The translations under genes and the position numbers were made by a program. Source: a virus. Taken from it: 64,000 nt of DNA. Below the pieces are notes generated by a model. The model saw nothing but the letters and a program-made list of their open reading frames with translations. It did not search any database and was not told where the DNA came from. The stretch lies in IMG/VR virus record IMGVR_UViG_3300020159_001918, positions 8,201-72,200 of that record; one strand, given 5' to 3'. This document shows, piece by piece, positions 21,458-33,204 of this stretch (the stretch's first letter is position 1; every line of letters starts with the position of its first letter).

Positions 21458-22675
21458 ATGTCTGAACAAACTTACTCTGTTATAAGAAAGCAGATAGTAA
21501 AAGCAAAAAACATGACCCATGCAAGAATGGTATCAGAAGGGTATGATAACTTTCCTGGCGAAGTACTACATGATGATTGTGAAATAATAGAAACTGGAAT
21601 AACAGAAGTGTGGAACGAAGAAGAGCAAGACGCTCAAATCTTCTTAGATAGTCATGAAGCCACAGCCGCTGATCAATCTATCTTTTTAAGATCCGAGAAC
21701 AGACGTTTGGCTAAAATAGCTGAAAAGAATAAGAACGTAAAAGACGAAACAGTTTATGCAGTGTATCAAGCTGCATTTGATGCCTTTTCATCTATAGAAA
21801 CTGCTCCCATTAAGGGCCCAACACTTAAGGTGTTACCAGGGGTTCCTGAAACGGCAGTAGCGGTATTTGCGGATTGGCAATTGGGTAAGATAACTCCTGA
21901 TTATAACTCTGAAGTTTTGGCAGAAAGAATAGAAGTTTATACTCAGAAACTACTAGAAATAACGGAAATACAAAGGAAGCATCATCCTGTTAAGAATCTT
22001 CACGTATGGCTATTGGGTGACATCGTAGAGGGTGAAGAAATATTCCCAGGACAAGCTCACCTTATAGATTCTGGACTCTATAGACAAGTAGGCGTTAACG
22101 GTCCAGCAATTCTGAGCAAGTTCTTTGACACTGTATTGCAACACTTTGAGCACGTACATGTTACTGGCGTGATAGGAAATCACGGCGCAGTAGGCGGACG
22201 TGGTAGAAAGATGCATGATCCAGAAACAAATATGGACAGACTGCTTTACAAGTCGATGGAATTCTTTTACAAAGAAGGAAGACAAGAGCCAAGAATAACT
22301 TTTAATATTCCAGACGGAAAAGGCGAAAGACACTGGTATGCTGTAGACACTATAGGTAACTACAGTTCCTTGCTAATTCATGGTGATCAAATGCCTGCAC
22401 CAGGACAATATCACGGCTACTATAAGAGGGCAATGGGGTGGAAAGATGGCGCAATCCCAGAGCACTTTGAAGATATATTTATGGGCCACTATCATCAGCA
22501 ATTTAAAATGACCATAGGTAGCTCAATGCTCAGGGTCTCAGGTTCACCAGAAAGCTACAACACCTATGCTCAAGAGTATTTTTCCTCAATGAGCAGACCG
22601 TGTCAGCATTTGATGTTCGTTCACCCTGAGAATGGAGTTACTTGCGAATACAGCATTTGGCTAGATGCGGTTTAG
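21458..22675 (+). CDS. Calcineurin-like metallophosphoesterase
   Basis: VAVFADWQLGK, LLGDIVEG, GVIGNHGAVGG, HGDQMP and GHYHQQF motifs. Confidence 0.8.
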   Translation: MSEQTYSVIRKQIVKAKNMTHARMVSEGYDNFPGEVLHDDCEIIETGITEVWNEEEQDAQIFLDSHEATAADQSIFLRSENRRLAKIAEKNKNVKDETVYAVYQAAFDAFSSIETAPIKGPTLKVLPGVPETAVAVFADWQLGKITPDYNSEVLAERIEVYTQKLLEITEIQRKHHPVKNLHVWLLGDIVEGEEIFPGQAHLIDSGLYRQVGVNGPAILSKFFDTVLQHFEHVHVTGVIGNHGAVGGRGRKMHDPETNMDRLLYKSMEFFYKEGRQEPRITFNIPDGKGERHWYAVDTIGNYSSLLIHGDQMPAPGQYHGYYKRAMGWKDGAIPEHFEDIFMGHYHQQFKMTIGSSMLRVSGSPESYNTYAQEYFSSMSRPCQHLMFVHPENGVTCEYSIWLDAV

Positions 22676-22686
22676 GAATTTAATAA

Positions 22687-25600
22687 ATGAAAACCTATTT
22701 GTTAAACTTTAACACTGGAGACTTCACTAAGAGTAATAATTTGTGGACCTCCAGTGTAATTGACCTTTATTCAAATAAGTTTTATAAAAACTTTTCATAC
22801 ACTAGGTCAGCAACTGGTTTAAATTCACTAGGTGATTACACTTATACTGGAACTAGCATAATACAAGGCGCCACTCCAACCATAGAAGGTGCGTATGCAG
22901 TTACTGACGCAGGAGAACTATATCTCGATCCTGGCGTAAGTCCCCATCTAATCTTTAATTCAAACTCAGTCAGCGGTGACAGCCTTGTTTTTGATGCAGA
23001 CAACAGTTCAACACCAATTTTTACAGCTGATTCAGAAGAAGATTATCTTTATAGATTTATAGATACAACATCCCGTATTGACATAAGAACTTTTAAAGGA
23101 GCTTTTTCTAGTTCTTTAAACAGTATTGAATCAATTACTTTTGATTTAAATATATACGAATCAGATAGTCAAAATCGGACCATGGCTACTAGCAGTAACT
23201 ACCACTTCTAACGCTTTAGGATCAATACTTCTATCAAAAGACGTAAAGCGATATGCAAAATTTGAAGTAGTAGTAAATACAGAATTAGAAGTATTAACAT
23301 CTTTAAGTTTTCTTCTTATAATAGAAGTAGCTATATCGGAACCCTCTAACCCAGTAATTTCACGTTCAACAAAAAATGTACTAGGCAGATTTCCTTCATG
23401 GATGCACCTATATGAGGACTCAATAGATCAGGCTACCCCCAGTTTATATGTACCAAAGTCAACGGCTGGCAAATTTTTAAATGCAGTTGTTGGTGAAGAC
23501 TTAGATGATTTTGACAGAGAAATAGATATATTTAGAATCAACTCTTTCATAGAAAGAGCTGACGTTAATCAATTAGCCTGGTTGTATTCTTCTACAAATA
23601 TAACAAATGTTTTTAATAAAGTATTATCTAATGGAGTTTTGGAACTTGCAAGAATTGATAATCTTGTTGATTTCTATAAATCAAAAGCATCTGATGATGT
23701 TTTCTATCACAACCCTTTAAATAGGGAAATTTTAACAATAAAATTATATGGAGATCTCTCAATAAAGAGTGAAAATACTGGAGTCGTAACTCCCTTAACT
23801 CAAACACCAATATTAAGATACAACTGGTTTGACGAAATGGGTGCAAGAGTTGGCCTATTTAGAATGCATCTTGAATCGAACGTTTCCTATAAGGAAAGGA
23901 TTTTAGATGTATTTAAAAATCCAAATGGCGCCGATATAGAATCATTTAAAAAAGTTCTTAGAAGAGAGTTGAATCTTTGGAAAGCTTTTGGCGCCACTCC
24001 GTCTTCTAGCTATCCAGGTGCAACACCTGAAATTTTAGAAATATCAGATATAGAATATTCAACTCCATATTTTACCGCAGATGGTAATCCAACTGATCTA
24101 TTTAAAAAATTAGTAGATGATTTAAATGTAAGATACCCTACAAATTGGGGATACTTTAGATTTGGAGATAGCATTTGGGACTACGCTGGAGAGGATAATG
24201 AAGGTGTTAATAGAATCCGCTCTAGATACTATGATGAAGAAATTGCAATACCATATTATCAACCAGGAGTTGGAGACTTAAATGACGCTGGATTATTTGT
24301 CACTAACTATGATGCAACTCCTCAGTTTTTTGAAACTTCAATAGTTGCCAAGGGCAAAAAAAATGTTAGCACTTCTTTAAAGTATGAACCAGTAAAACTT
24401 CAGTATGAGTATTATGGTTCCTATGAAATTACCGAATACAATAATCCAGCAGCTACTGTAAATTTAACTCTTGAATTCAGCGCTACCCCGCACGGATCAT
24501 ACGCAACGCCAACAACATTTTTTGCGCCGCTCACATTCTATCCAAAGAATAATTTTGGTCCAACTCACTCAGCTTACCCGGAATATAATTCTATAGAAAT
24601 ATTTGATACAGAAGGATATGTTTCATCAAAATATTCACTAAAAGAAAAACAAACATTATCTGGATATAAAGATACAAAAAGTTCGATTAACACATCTAGA
24701 TTAGAAGTATCTGAGATATTAAATATTGTTCTTAAAAATGGATTATGGAATGGCTCAACTTATGCAACACCAAATTCCAACAACTTTGAAGCAAAGTTTT
24801 CTCACAGAACTGCGAATCTGACAAGTAGTGAAACGCTGTTATCAGCAACACCAAACTTTGCTCAGAGTACGCAACTGCAACTTCTTTCAAAACTATACAA
24901 TCCAGTTCAGGTAACTAAATATACAACTCCGCAAGAGTCTGAAATTATCATTAATAATGTTGCTACGCCACCAAGTGGTTATTCAATTGATCATAATAGA
25001 ATTGTCTCCAATATAATTATGCCAGTAGGAGCAACGCCAAGGCAGATATTTATTAATAACTTGAAACCAACAAGCGTAGACGTAGATTACCTTGATGACA
25101 ATTCAGCTTTTTCCGGCTATGGTGGTGTTTCTTATTATTTAGAAACTGATAGAGAAGTATTCATTCCATCTTCGCCCAACTTAAGCATAAGATTTAATAG
25201 TTCAAATCTTGCAACACCTAGCTCGAATGCTAAAATTGGAACGACTACAGTAAACGGATCTGCCGCAACCGCATCATATTACTTTACTCAACTTAACTAT
25301 CCATATACCAGTACTCCAAACTCACTCACCGTATCGACTCAGGATGGCTCAATTTATCCATTTGAAATAGTCAATTGGGATCCTTTTGAATTAACACATG
25401 CTTCTCCTATCTCTGGATACGTTGATGAATATGGGATAATCAGTTATAACTCTTTAAATGGTGAATATGTTCCAGGAAAAAATACCAATTATATCCCACT
25501 GCCAGAATTAACAAGAGAAGGTTTTGGTCTATCTGGTTCTGAAAAATTTAAATACTTTTTTGAGACAATTGAAGTTTTAGATCCTCAATCTGTAAATGTA

Positions 25601-27466
25601 TCAGTTTGGTCAGAGCAAAAAATAGTTAATCCATTTCTAAATAGAACCTATGTGTTGAATGCGAATAGCATATCTAGCATCTACGCAGATACTGATTACA
25701 CAACAAAGAGTTTAAGATATCCAGATAATTCCGTCTCTGAGTCATATGACCTACAGAGAAATACTACGGTATTTGATAACTTTATAGTTAGAGGAAAATT
25801 ATACGACGCAAGATTAGATGCCAGAATCAATACTGGTTGGATTCATCTAGACAATGATGAGTATTACGTCTATGCTAAACCAGTAACTGAAGTAGAAACT
25901 GGAGTATTAAAAGAGATAACACTAGGCAATACTCCTAGGCAGGGTGCTCCAGTCGTAGTAAATGTCTCTTTGCTTGGTTCAGCAACTCCTGAAATTTATA
26001 CTGAGGTGGGATTCCCCGATGAGGCTTCTCCAAGGCATTTTGGATTCTATAATACAGAAGTACTGCAGCCTAGGTTTGATAATAGTTTCTATCTTGGCTA
26101 TAAAAATGTTTATAATCTTTCTATTACAGATGGTTATACTGGAGAGCTTCTATTAAGTAATCTTTCAACCAATAATTCATCTATTAAGTTAGATAAATCT
26201 ACATATAAATTTAAAAAAGACAGAGATTATTATATAAAATATAAAGTTGTTAATTCATATTATATAGATAATATCCTTAATGATTCTTCATATTATTCAA
26301 GGGTAGTATTTGACGCTACTCCTAATGCTACGATGAACTATGAAATCATATACGAATCTTCAATATACGAAGACTCAACTCCTGTTGATTTAAATTTTGG
26401 ACAAACAAGCTCACTCCTAGACAAAGGTTACGTAATTGCATCAAATGCAACGTACGACTTTGACAGAATAAAGGTGGTTGTTTCGCCAGGTTATATTCTA
26501 GATGATGGAAATGACTATATAACTATAAGCATAATTTCTTTAGATACTGAGGGAAACCCAAAACCATATCAAAGCTTTAGTCTTTCTTCTCAGCTGCATC
26601 AACTTGCTTTTGATAGCAGTATAATAACCACAGATGATGAAGGGTTTGCTTCTACGAATGCAGTTTACCAGAGTGGAAATATCGTTGAGAATAAGAATGT
26701 TAAAATTCTAATTAGCGGAGTGACATATCCAGCCAATCCATTAGCACACCCTGATAGTGAAACTAATGGATCTGTCTACACTGAGTTTATTCCAGTATAT
26801 TCTTCAAGGTCCGAAGATGCAGCATTGTTAGCCTCGGCAAACCCAAGTATTATTAACGCCGATGGAGTGTCATCGACAACTATATCTGGAATATTAACAG
26901 CCGACAATGCACCAAGTGAAAATAATGTAATTTACTGGAGAAAATCTAGATATCTATATTCAGCTTTGAATGATGTATCATATAGTAAATCAACGTTAAC
27001 GCCAGATAAGAATACTACTTCAGGCATTGTTTATACTGACAATAATGGAAAATTTGAAATAGGTCCAATTCCTTCACAAGAAAGAGCTACTCCTGGATAT
27101 TGGTTTATGGCTATCGATTCTGAGTTAGGCTCAACTCCATCTTCGACCCCAAATACATCAGTTGGCGATGTTCTATTCTGGTACGAATCTTACGATAATG
27201 TAGACATCAATTTTGTGCCTGGATTAAAGATACCTGATATAATTAACTATGATATTAGTAAATCATTGAATATATATTCCACTCCAACGTTTAGAATTAG
27301 TTACTATAATGAAAACATAGTAGATAATACTGGATCAACGCCTAGATGGACGCCGCCACAATGGCTGCCAATTTCGAGATACGACCAGTACCAAGCTGGA
27401 TATTTTGGTGCAACCCCATATGTTATTTCAGATTACTCTAACTTAATAAAGGATTATGAGGATTAA
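22687..27466 (+). CDS. Large tail/baseplate fibre-associated protein (about 1592 aa) requiring a CGGA +1 event
   Basis: 22687..23211 and 23402..27466 join with no stop via CGGA 23176 (...SQN-R-PWLLAVTTTSNALGSILLSKDVKRYAKFEVVVNTELEVLTSLSFLLIIEVAISEPSNPVISRSTKNVLGRFPSWMHLYEDSIDQ...). Confidence 0.8.
23176..23179 (+). other. CGG +1 recoding site 5 (AAT CGGA CCA)
   Basis: In-frame CGG. The 0 frame stops at 23209-23211. The +1 frame is open for more than 1400 codons. Confidence 0.85.
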
Positions 27467-27468
27467 TT

Positions 27469-30400
27469 GTGGATAAGTTTAATTTAAATATTGACAACAG
27501 CAGTCAAAAAAAGATAAGAAAAGTAAATAATTTACCACTAGATGATTCCTCAACTGCTTTAGCTTGGTTTAATTCAAAGCCAGTAACTCCAGCAAATAAC
27601 ATTTCAGTAACAGATCTATCCAATTTTATATCAGAGAATTCGTACTCCTCAAACATCAATGCTTCAAATAAATCTGCAAAGAATAAAATAGTTTTTGCTA
27701 ATGAACTAGGAATACTAGAAGACTCAGATGGCTATACGGTGTTCGATTCAGATGACATTAGCGTAAGCGATGTATTTCTAAACACACGTGCATTGGATAA
27801 GAAGTATTACACTGAAGATCTTAATAAAAACGGATTTGTTCATTCGTTTTATGTTTCTAGATACTATACTCTCCTGCCAAGAAGTTCTTATGCATATGAT
27901 GGACTTGATGATTTTTTGTCAGAGTCCAGTGTTCCGAAGTCAATTAAAGTTATTGACAAAAATGGTTTTGAGTATGTAGATCAATCTACTGGTTTAAAAA
28001 AATATAGAATACTAATTGAACAATTAGATTTACCAATCTATTCAAATAGATCAAATATTCCTTCTAAGATAATAGCTTTATTTGATAGTCCATCTCCAGT
28101 AGACTTATCATTAGTTTACGACAAGGTTACGCTATCTTCAACTGAGTCAATATCTTCAACGATTCCTCAATATAAAGAAAACATTAATACTGTTAGTATT
28201 TTTAATAGAATTGGAGAGGAATCAATTGTTGTAGATAACTCTTCAAGGTCAAAAAAAATATATAGTAAAAAATCTATTACATCAAAAAATAATTTAATTA
28301 ATAGCACGAATGCTAGAGCAGAAGGTTTTGAAGTATTTGTTCCTAAAAAAGCTTTGTCAGATAATAGAACCTATGAATCTTTTAACTGGAGATTAATAAC
28401 TAAAGTTAAAAGATCCGTTGATGTTTCATCTATAAATTATGGTGAAGAAATAGATAAAGAAAGTTCTATAAAACAAAAAGTAATTAATTGTGCTGTGCTA
28501 TCAACATCAGCACAGATATCTGGCATGGAGCAATCTAATGATTTTGGCGCAGCAAACCCTTACGCTTTTTTGAGACTAGAGCAGTCTCCGTTTAATGTAT
28601 CTAAGTATAAATATACAAATCCGTTATCGGAAAAGAGTAATCAATACGGAAAAAATCAAGCATCGTATTGGTTATTAAATTTAGATAAAGTTACTGATGA
28701 TGAACTTTCTCTATACGACATAGTCACCTGGACTCCTAGTTCTCCAATAACTATAGAACAAGGTCTAAAGCTAAAGAAGTATCTAGAGCAGACTCAGGGA
28801 ACACTGGTATTAGATTTATCAAAACTTTCCGTCATCACAACACAGGCAATCGATTATACTGGCGCACAGGCAATAGATCCAGCTTTATCAGTTAGCGCCC
28901 AGGAATATCCGCTAGATACATGGACTTATAATCAGGAAAATATTTTTCTTAATGAAAATAAAACTAATGCTTGGCCAATTAACCCAGGTATTTTTGAAAG
29001 ATTAACCGTAGACAATGTTAACTACGATGTATATTCAATATTTGGAAGAAGCAATCTTTCTAATCTTACAACTAAAAAAACAGTAAAAGAATTTACTGGA
29101 AATATTGCAGCCAATAATGTTGTATTAAGCAATTCTAGAAGCAAGCCAGTATTCGTTAGTTTAGAGTTCACACCTTCAACTGATTCACTATCTAAAGGCA
29201 CGCTACTGGCCACAACCACACCAATGCTTAAATACTGCAATGACATATACCAACCATCTTCCATCTTTGATATAGCAACAAGTAACAATGGTCCAACTAG
29301 CATAACTCAAGCTACGTTTACTGCTGTAGCAGCAATAGAAGGTCCAATGAAAATACTATACAATGCATGTTCGGTTGCATTGTTAAATAGAATATTTTCA
29401 ACTAAGGTTAAAGATTTAAGATCGTCAATGTACTATCAGGTTTCAAATTGGCAATCTTCATATGTGTTAAATGGAAACGTTTTATTGGAAGACGAGAAAA
29501 AAGAAGTATATTCTCTTATTAAAGTAGACAATCAAAATGCTGTTGGAACCTCAAAGTATGCAAGGAATTTAATTCCAAGTAATTCTTCAGTATTAGAATT
29601 TTACAAAAAATCTATTTATGACTTTTTAGCTGATCAACACAGTATCTCTTTACAAGAAATTGATTCTAGCAATTTAGAATTTTTTATAGAAGTAACAAAC
29701 AACGACGTAGAAATTGCAAATGCTACTCCGATAAAAGGTGGAGATCGTATTTACGCAGCCGTTGTACAAAGTGGTACAGAGATACCAACTTCTTATAATC
29801 TATTTAAGATAAACAACGATAGCATTACTGGGGCGGTTTATGCTTACACTGATTCTCCATCAGCTCAATTTACTATACCTGGTGGATTTGGTCCTTATGT
29901 CATAAGGGAGAGACTATATAGATCATCGACTAAAGAAATAAACGATGGACTTTCCAGTTCAATATCTTCATCTAATAGTTATAAAAATTATACGTTTAAT
30001 TTTTCTATCTTCAATTCTTACAATCAATCAAGTGAGTCAACGTTAAGCTTTAGTGCAAATTGGTCAGCAGTTTTAACTGCAGAATACACGGCAACGCTAT
30101 CAAGACAAGCAAGATATGAAGATGTCTATCCACCTGGTTCTAAGTTGCTAAGAGATGACGTTGCTGTTACTTCTACCTATGAAACTGGCGCAGCATTTTC
30201 GGGTGCTGATAGAATTGATTCTTATCCAGAGTTTCAAAAAGGAATAAATAGTAGAGATCCAGTTAATAACTTTTTATACACCGGAGATATACAACAGGGT
30301 AATATCATCGGAGCATACGGTCCGGGTAAACCAGGCATGCTTCCTGAATATATTAAGTATATACAAATAAGTATGAGGGAAGCTGGAATATTAGTTGCTG

Positions 30401-33204
30401 GAAAATTGCCTGAATTAAGTGGAAAATATGAAACAAATACACTTAATGCAGTGAAAGCTTTTCAGATATCAATTAATGCTAGGTTCGAAAACGGAACAGT
30501 TGATAGCGAAACTAAGTCATTAATAGCAATTCACGTTTGGAAATCCATAAAAAACTCTGATCCAACTCGCTATAATTCAATAATAGCTAGGTTACAGGTG
30601 AATAATCCAACAGTCGTTAAGTATGTTGTAGCAGCCGCAGATGCGATAGAATTACATGATCTTCCTAATAGAGATTGGAATTATAGAAAGATAACTTTTA
30701 CTGGACAGTCTGGTCCTAAAAAATTAATAGATTCAATATTTTTAGCAGTTCCATTTAATCAAATTCCATTTGATGGAATAATACAACAAGATTTAAAAAA
30801 TCAAGTTCTTAAATCGGTAACGATAACTCCTGGAACATTTGCTGGTGCACCAGACTATAAGGGAATAGCTCTTAAGCAGGCAGTAGTTTATTCTGGAGTA
30901 GGCTTGGCTGGTCCACAAGTAATTAAAGGCGCTGCAGACTATACGGCAAGTCCATTCAAGATTGAAGTTAACAAGCCAATGGCAGAGTGTATGTTCTTCG
31001 CTTTCCAATTCAATGGTGGTCCGCTGGGAGGAAAACATGGCTCATTTGCTGAAGGATATTCTTTAAGCAAAGTTGAATTTGAAATTTCTTATACACTAGA
31101 TAAATTTAATGCTGAAACAATAGTTGAAAGTGGATATAGATTAGATACGACTACAGCTCCAGTAGAAATAAAGTTTAATATAGCTGGATCAGTTACTGGT
31201 ATATCTCCAAACAAAGCTGAGATTATAGATCTAAATGGTGTTAAGTCCACTAAGTATGCAACAACTCCAGTATCTATAACATATCCTACATGGTCTGGAG
31301 AAAAAACTTTAAACTTATCGAATACTACAATTAATTTTAGTAGCACTTCATATAGTCCGCCATTTACACCTTACTCTGATTCTAATTTAGAGCCTCAGTA
31401 CAAGGATGAATCTATATCAATAAACTTAACGCAGACAAAAACAGTTTCAATAAACTCAAATACTTTTGCTGTAGCTAATGTTATCTCCGCAACTGGAAAC
31501 CCAGTAAACAGTTCAGATTTAAATCTAAGTATTTCTTCTAATAGATTAGTTTTTGAAACCTCATCTCTTATATACGAAAACTCAAACATAATCAAAAGCG
31601 CTGAGAAACTTTTAACCAATTACTGGTTAATGAAAACAGATGGTTCAATAATAAAGTCAGCAAAAAAAGCAATTTCTGTTTTAGATGGTTTGGTTCTTTT
31701 AACTCAACCAAGTTTAGACCCAGATAAAGTTGGCAAACCATATGGCATAGAACTTCAATCTTTTGTAAATACTCTTTCTACTGATCGAGAATTTAATACA
31801 GATTATGGATCTTTTATATTAACAAATAACGCTAGAGATGATGGTGGTTTCCTTTATGGGTTCTATGATAATAAGAAAAAAGAATTTTTAGGAACGAATC
31901 TTTATTATGTAGACTATATTTCAAGAGGTCCAGAAAATGTATACATTGCTGCACTTGCAGTAGATGCAGATGGAAATCTTGGAAATGGATTAGACTTCTT
32001 TGGACCAAAGACTTCTGGCAAAATAATACCTTCTTCCATACCAGTAAAGATGGCATGCCCTATATACAATGTTGAATATGTTCCATCATCAAGAATAGGA
32101 ATATCATCGATCCCACCAAATCTCTCAAAGTTTCAACAATGGCCGTTGTATATAACATCTGGATCTTTCACAAAAGATATATACATAAACCCAGCTTATG
32201 GTTGGACTTCTTGGGCTGAAAAGTACACAGGGAAAGTACTAAGAGCTACATATTCAACTTTAAATATGGGTAACGTAATCTGGTCTCAGATCGCTGGTAA
32301 ACCATATATTACTGTAATTAATGAAACACCAATAGTTTTATCATCTAAGAGATATCAATTAATGCAAGTTCCTATAGCAACTTTCATGGAACCTTCACAA
32401 ATGGAATGTGGTTCAGTTGTTAACTGGGTTGATTTTGAAACAAGAGAATCAGTTGACTCACCATGGACGGCAGTAGATTCAAATCTTATAAGAAATATTA
32501 ATTCCCAGACTGGAATAGTAGATTTCATTACACCGATAACTAGTGATCCAGATCTAATAAGGGTGAACTACACCGCTAAATCAAATGGTATTCCGCTCAA
32601 ACAAATTAACGGCAGAGTTATTCCATTGAATCCATTTCTCAATAAAAACACAGTAGAAACAGAAAAGCCTCTACATATTTATATTAAACCTATAAGAATA
32701 GAAGTTAGAAGCTCTAGTCAAGATGGTTATGTTTGGGATTATGTTAGCGACTATTCATATGATTCTCCAATAGATTTTACTTATAATACTTCTATTTTTG
32801 ATCCATATAATAGCGTTAACTACGATCCATTTTCTCTTCAAATAGGACTGGTTCACGTATTAAATTCTGTGGATATTAAAGATTTAGCTATTGAAGATTT
32901 AAGATTAAAGGGCGGAGGATTAAAGGCTACTATGGGTAAGACTATAGATGTGCAATCTTATGGATCGCTCGATATAAATAAGGTTTTCAAAGAAGTCAAA
33001 GAAGCGTCTTCATTCTGGGATGTTTATCCACCAGATCAACAAGCATATTCTAAAGGCGGATTTATTATAATAAAACTGCCGAAAGAAGTATTGGATAATT
33101 TTACTAGTGAAGCAGAGTTGTATAGTATAATAAGTAAGAACATAACCGCTGGTGTAGCATATAAGATTCAAGATATGGAAGGAAATGATTGGGGTGTATT
33201 ATAA
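27469..33204 (+). CDS. Very large tail/fibre protein (1911 aa) with a peptidoglycan-binding-like repeat segment
   Basis: Single ORF. Segment LPEYIKYIQISMREAGILVAGKLPELSGKYETNTLNAVKAFQISINARFENGTVDSETKSLI resembles PG_binding_1. Confidence 0.65.
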   Translation: MDKFNLNIDNSSQKKIRKVNNLPLDDSSTALAWFNSKPVTPANNISVTDLSNFISENSYSSNINASNKSAKNKIVFANELGILEDSDGYTVFDSDDISVSDVFLNTRALDKKYYTEDLNKNGFVHSFYVSRYYTLLPRSSYAYDGLDDFLSESSVPKSIKVIDKNGFEYVDQSTGLKKYRILIEQLDLPIYSNRSNIPSKIIALFDSPSPVDLSLVYDKVTLSSTESISSTIPQYKENINTVSIFNRIGEESIVVDNSSRSKKIYSKKSITSKNNLINSTNARAEGFEVFVPKKALSDNRTYESFNWRLITKVKRSVDVSSINYGEEIDKESSIKQKVINCAVLSTSAQISGMEQSNDFGAANPYAFLRLEQSPFNVSKYKYTNPLSEKSNQYGKNQASYWLLNLDKVTDDELSLYDIVTWTPSSPITIEQGLKLKKYLEQTQGTLVLDLSKLSVITTQAIDYTGAQAIDPALSVSAQEYPLDTWTYNQENIFLNENKTNAWPINPGIFERLTVDNVNYDVYSIFGRSNLSNLTTKKTVKEFTGNIAANNVVLSNSRSKPVFVSLEFTPSTDSLSKGTLLATTTPMLKYCNDIYQPSSIFDIATSNNGPTSITQATFTAVAAIEGPMKILYNACSVALLNRIFSTKVKDLRSSMYYQVSNWQSSYVLNGNVLLEDEKKEVYSLIKVDNQNAVGTSKYARNLIPSNSSVLEFYKKSIYDFLADQHSISLQEIDSSNLEFFIEVTNNDVEIANATPIKGGDRIYAAVVQSGTEIPTSYNLFKINNDSITGAVYAYTDSPSAQFTIPGGFGPYVIRERLYRSSTKEINDGLSSSISSSNSYKNYTFNFSIFNSYNQSSESTLSFSANWSAVLTAEYTATLSRQARYEDVYPPGSKLLRDDVAVTSTYETGAAFSGADRIDSYPEFQKGINSRDPVNNFLYTGDIQQGNIIGAYGPGKPGMLPEYIKYIQISMREAGILVAGKLPELSGKYETNTLNAVKAFQISINARFENGTVDSETKSLIAIHVWKSIKNSDPTRYNSIIARLQVNNPTVVKYVVAAADAIELHDLPNRDWNYRKITFTGQSGPKKLIDSIFLAVPFNQIPFDGIIQQDLKNQVLKSVTITPGTFAGAPDYKGIALKQAVVYSGVGLAGPQVIKGAADYTASPFKIEVNKPMAECMFFAFQFNGGPLGGKHGSFAEGYSLSKVEFEISYTLDKFNAETIVESGYRLDTTTAPVEIKFNIAGSVTGISPNKAEIIDLNGVKSTKYATTPVSITYPTWSGEKTLNLSNTTINFSSTSYSPPFTPYSDSNLEPQYKDESISINLTQTKTVSINSNTFAVANVISATGNPVNSSDLNLSISSNRLVFETSSLIYENSNIIKSAEKLLTNYWLMKTDGSIIKSAKKAISVLDGLVLLTQPSLDPDKVGKPYGIELQSFVNTLSTDREFNTDYGSFILTNNARDDGGFLYGFYDNKKKEFLGTNLYYVDYISRGPENVYIAALAVDADGNLGNGLDFFGPKTSGKIIPSSIPVKMACPIYNVEYVPSSRIGISSIPPNLSKFQQWPLYITSGSFTKDIYINPAYGWTSWAEKYTGKVLRATYSTLNMGNVIWSQIAGKPYITVINETPIVLSSKRYQLMQVPIATFMEPSQMECGSVVNWVDFETRESVDSPWTAVDSNLIRNINSQTGIVDFITPITSDPDLIRVNYTAKSNGIPLKQINGRVIPLNPFLNKNTVETEKPLHIYIKPIRIEVRSSSQDGYVWDYVSDYSYDSPIDFTYNTSIFDPYNSVNYDPFSLQIGLVHVLNSVDIKDLAIEDLRLKGGGLKATMGKTIDVQSYGSLDINKVFKEVKEASSFWDVYPPDQQAYSKGGFIIIKLPKEVLDNFTSEAELYSIISKNITAGVAYKIQDMEGNDWGVL

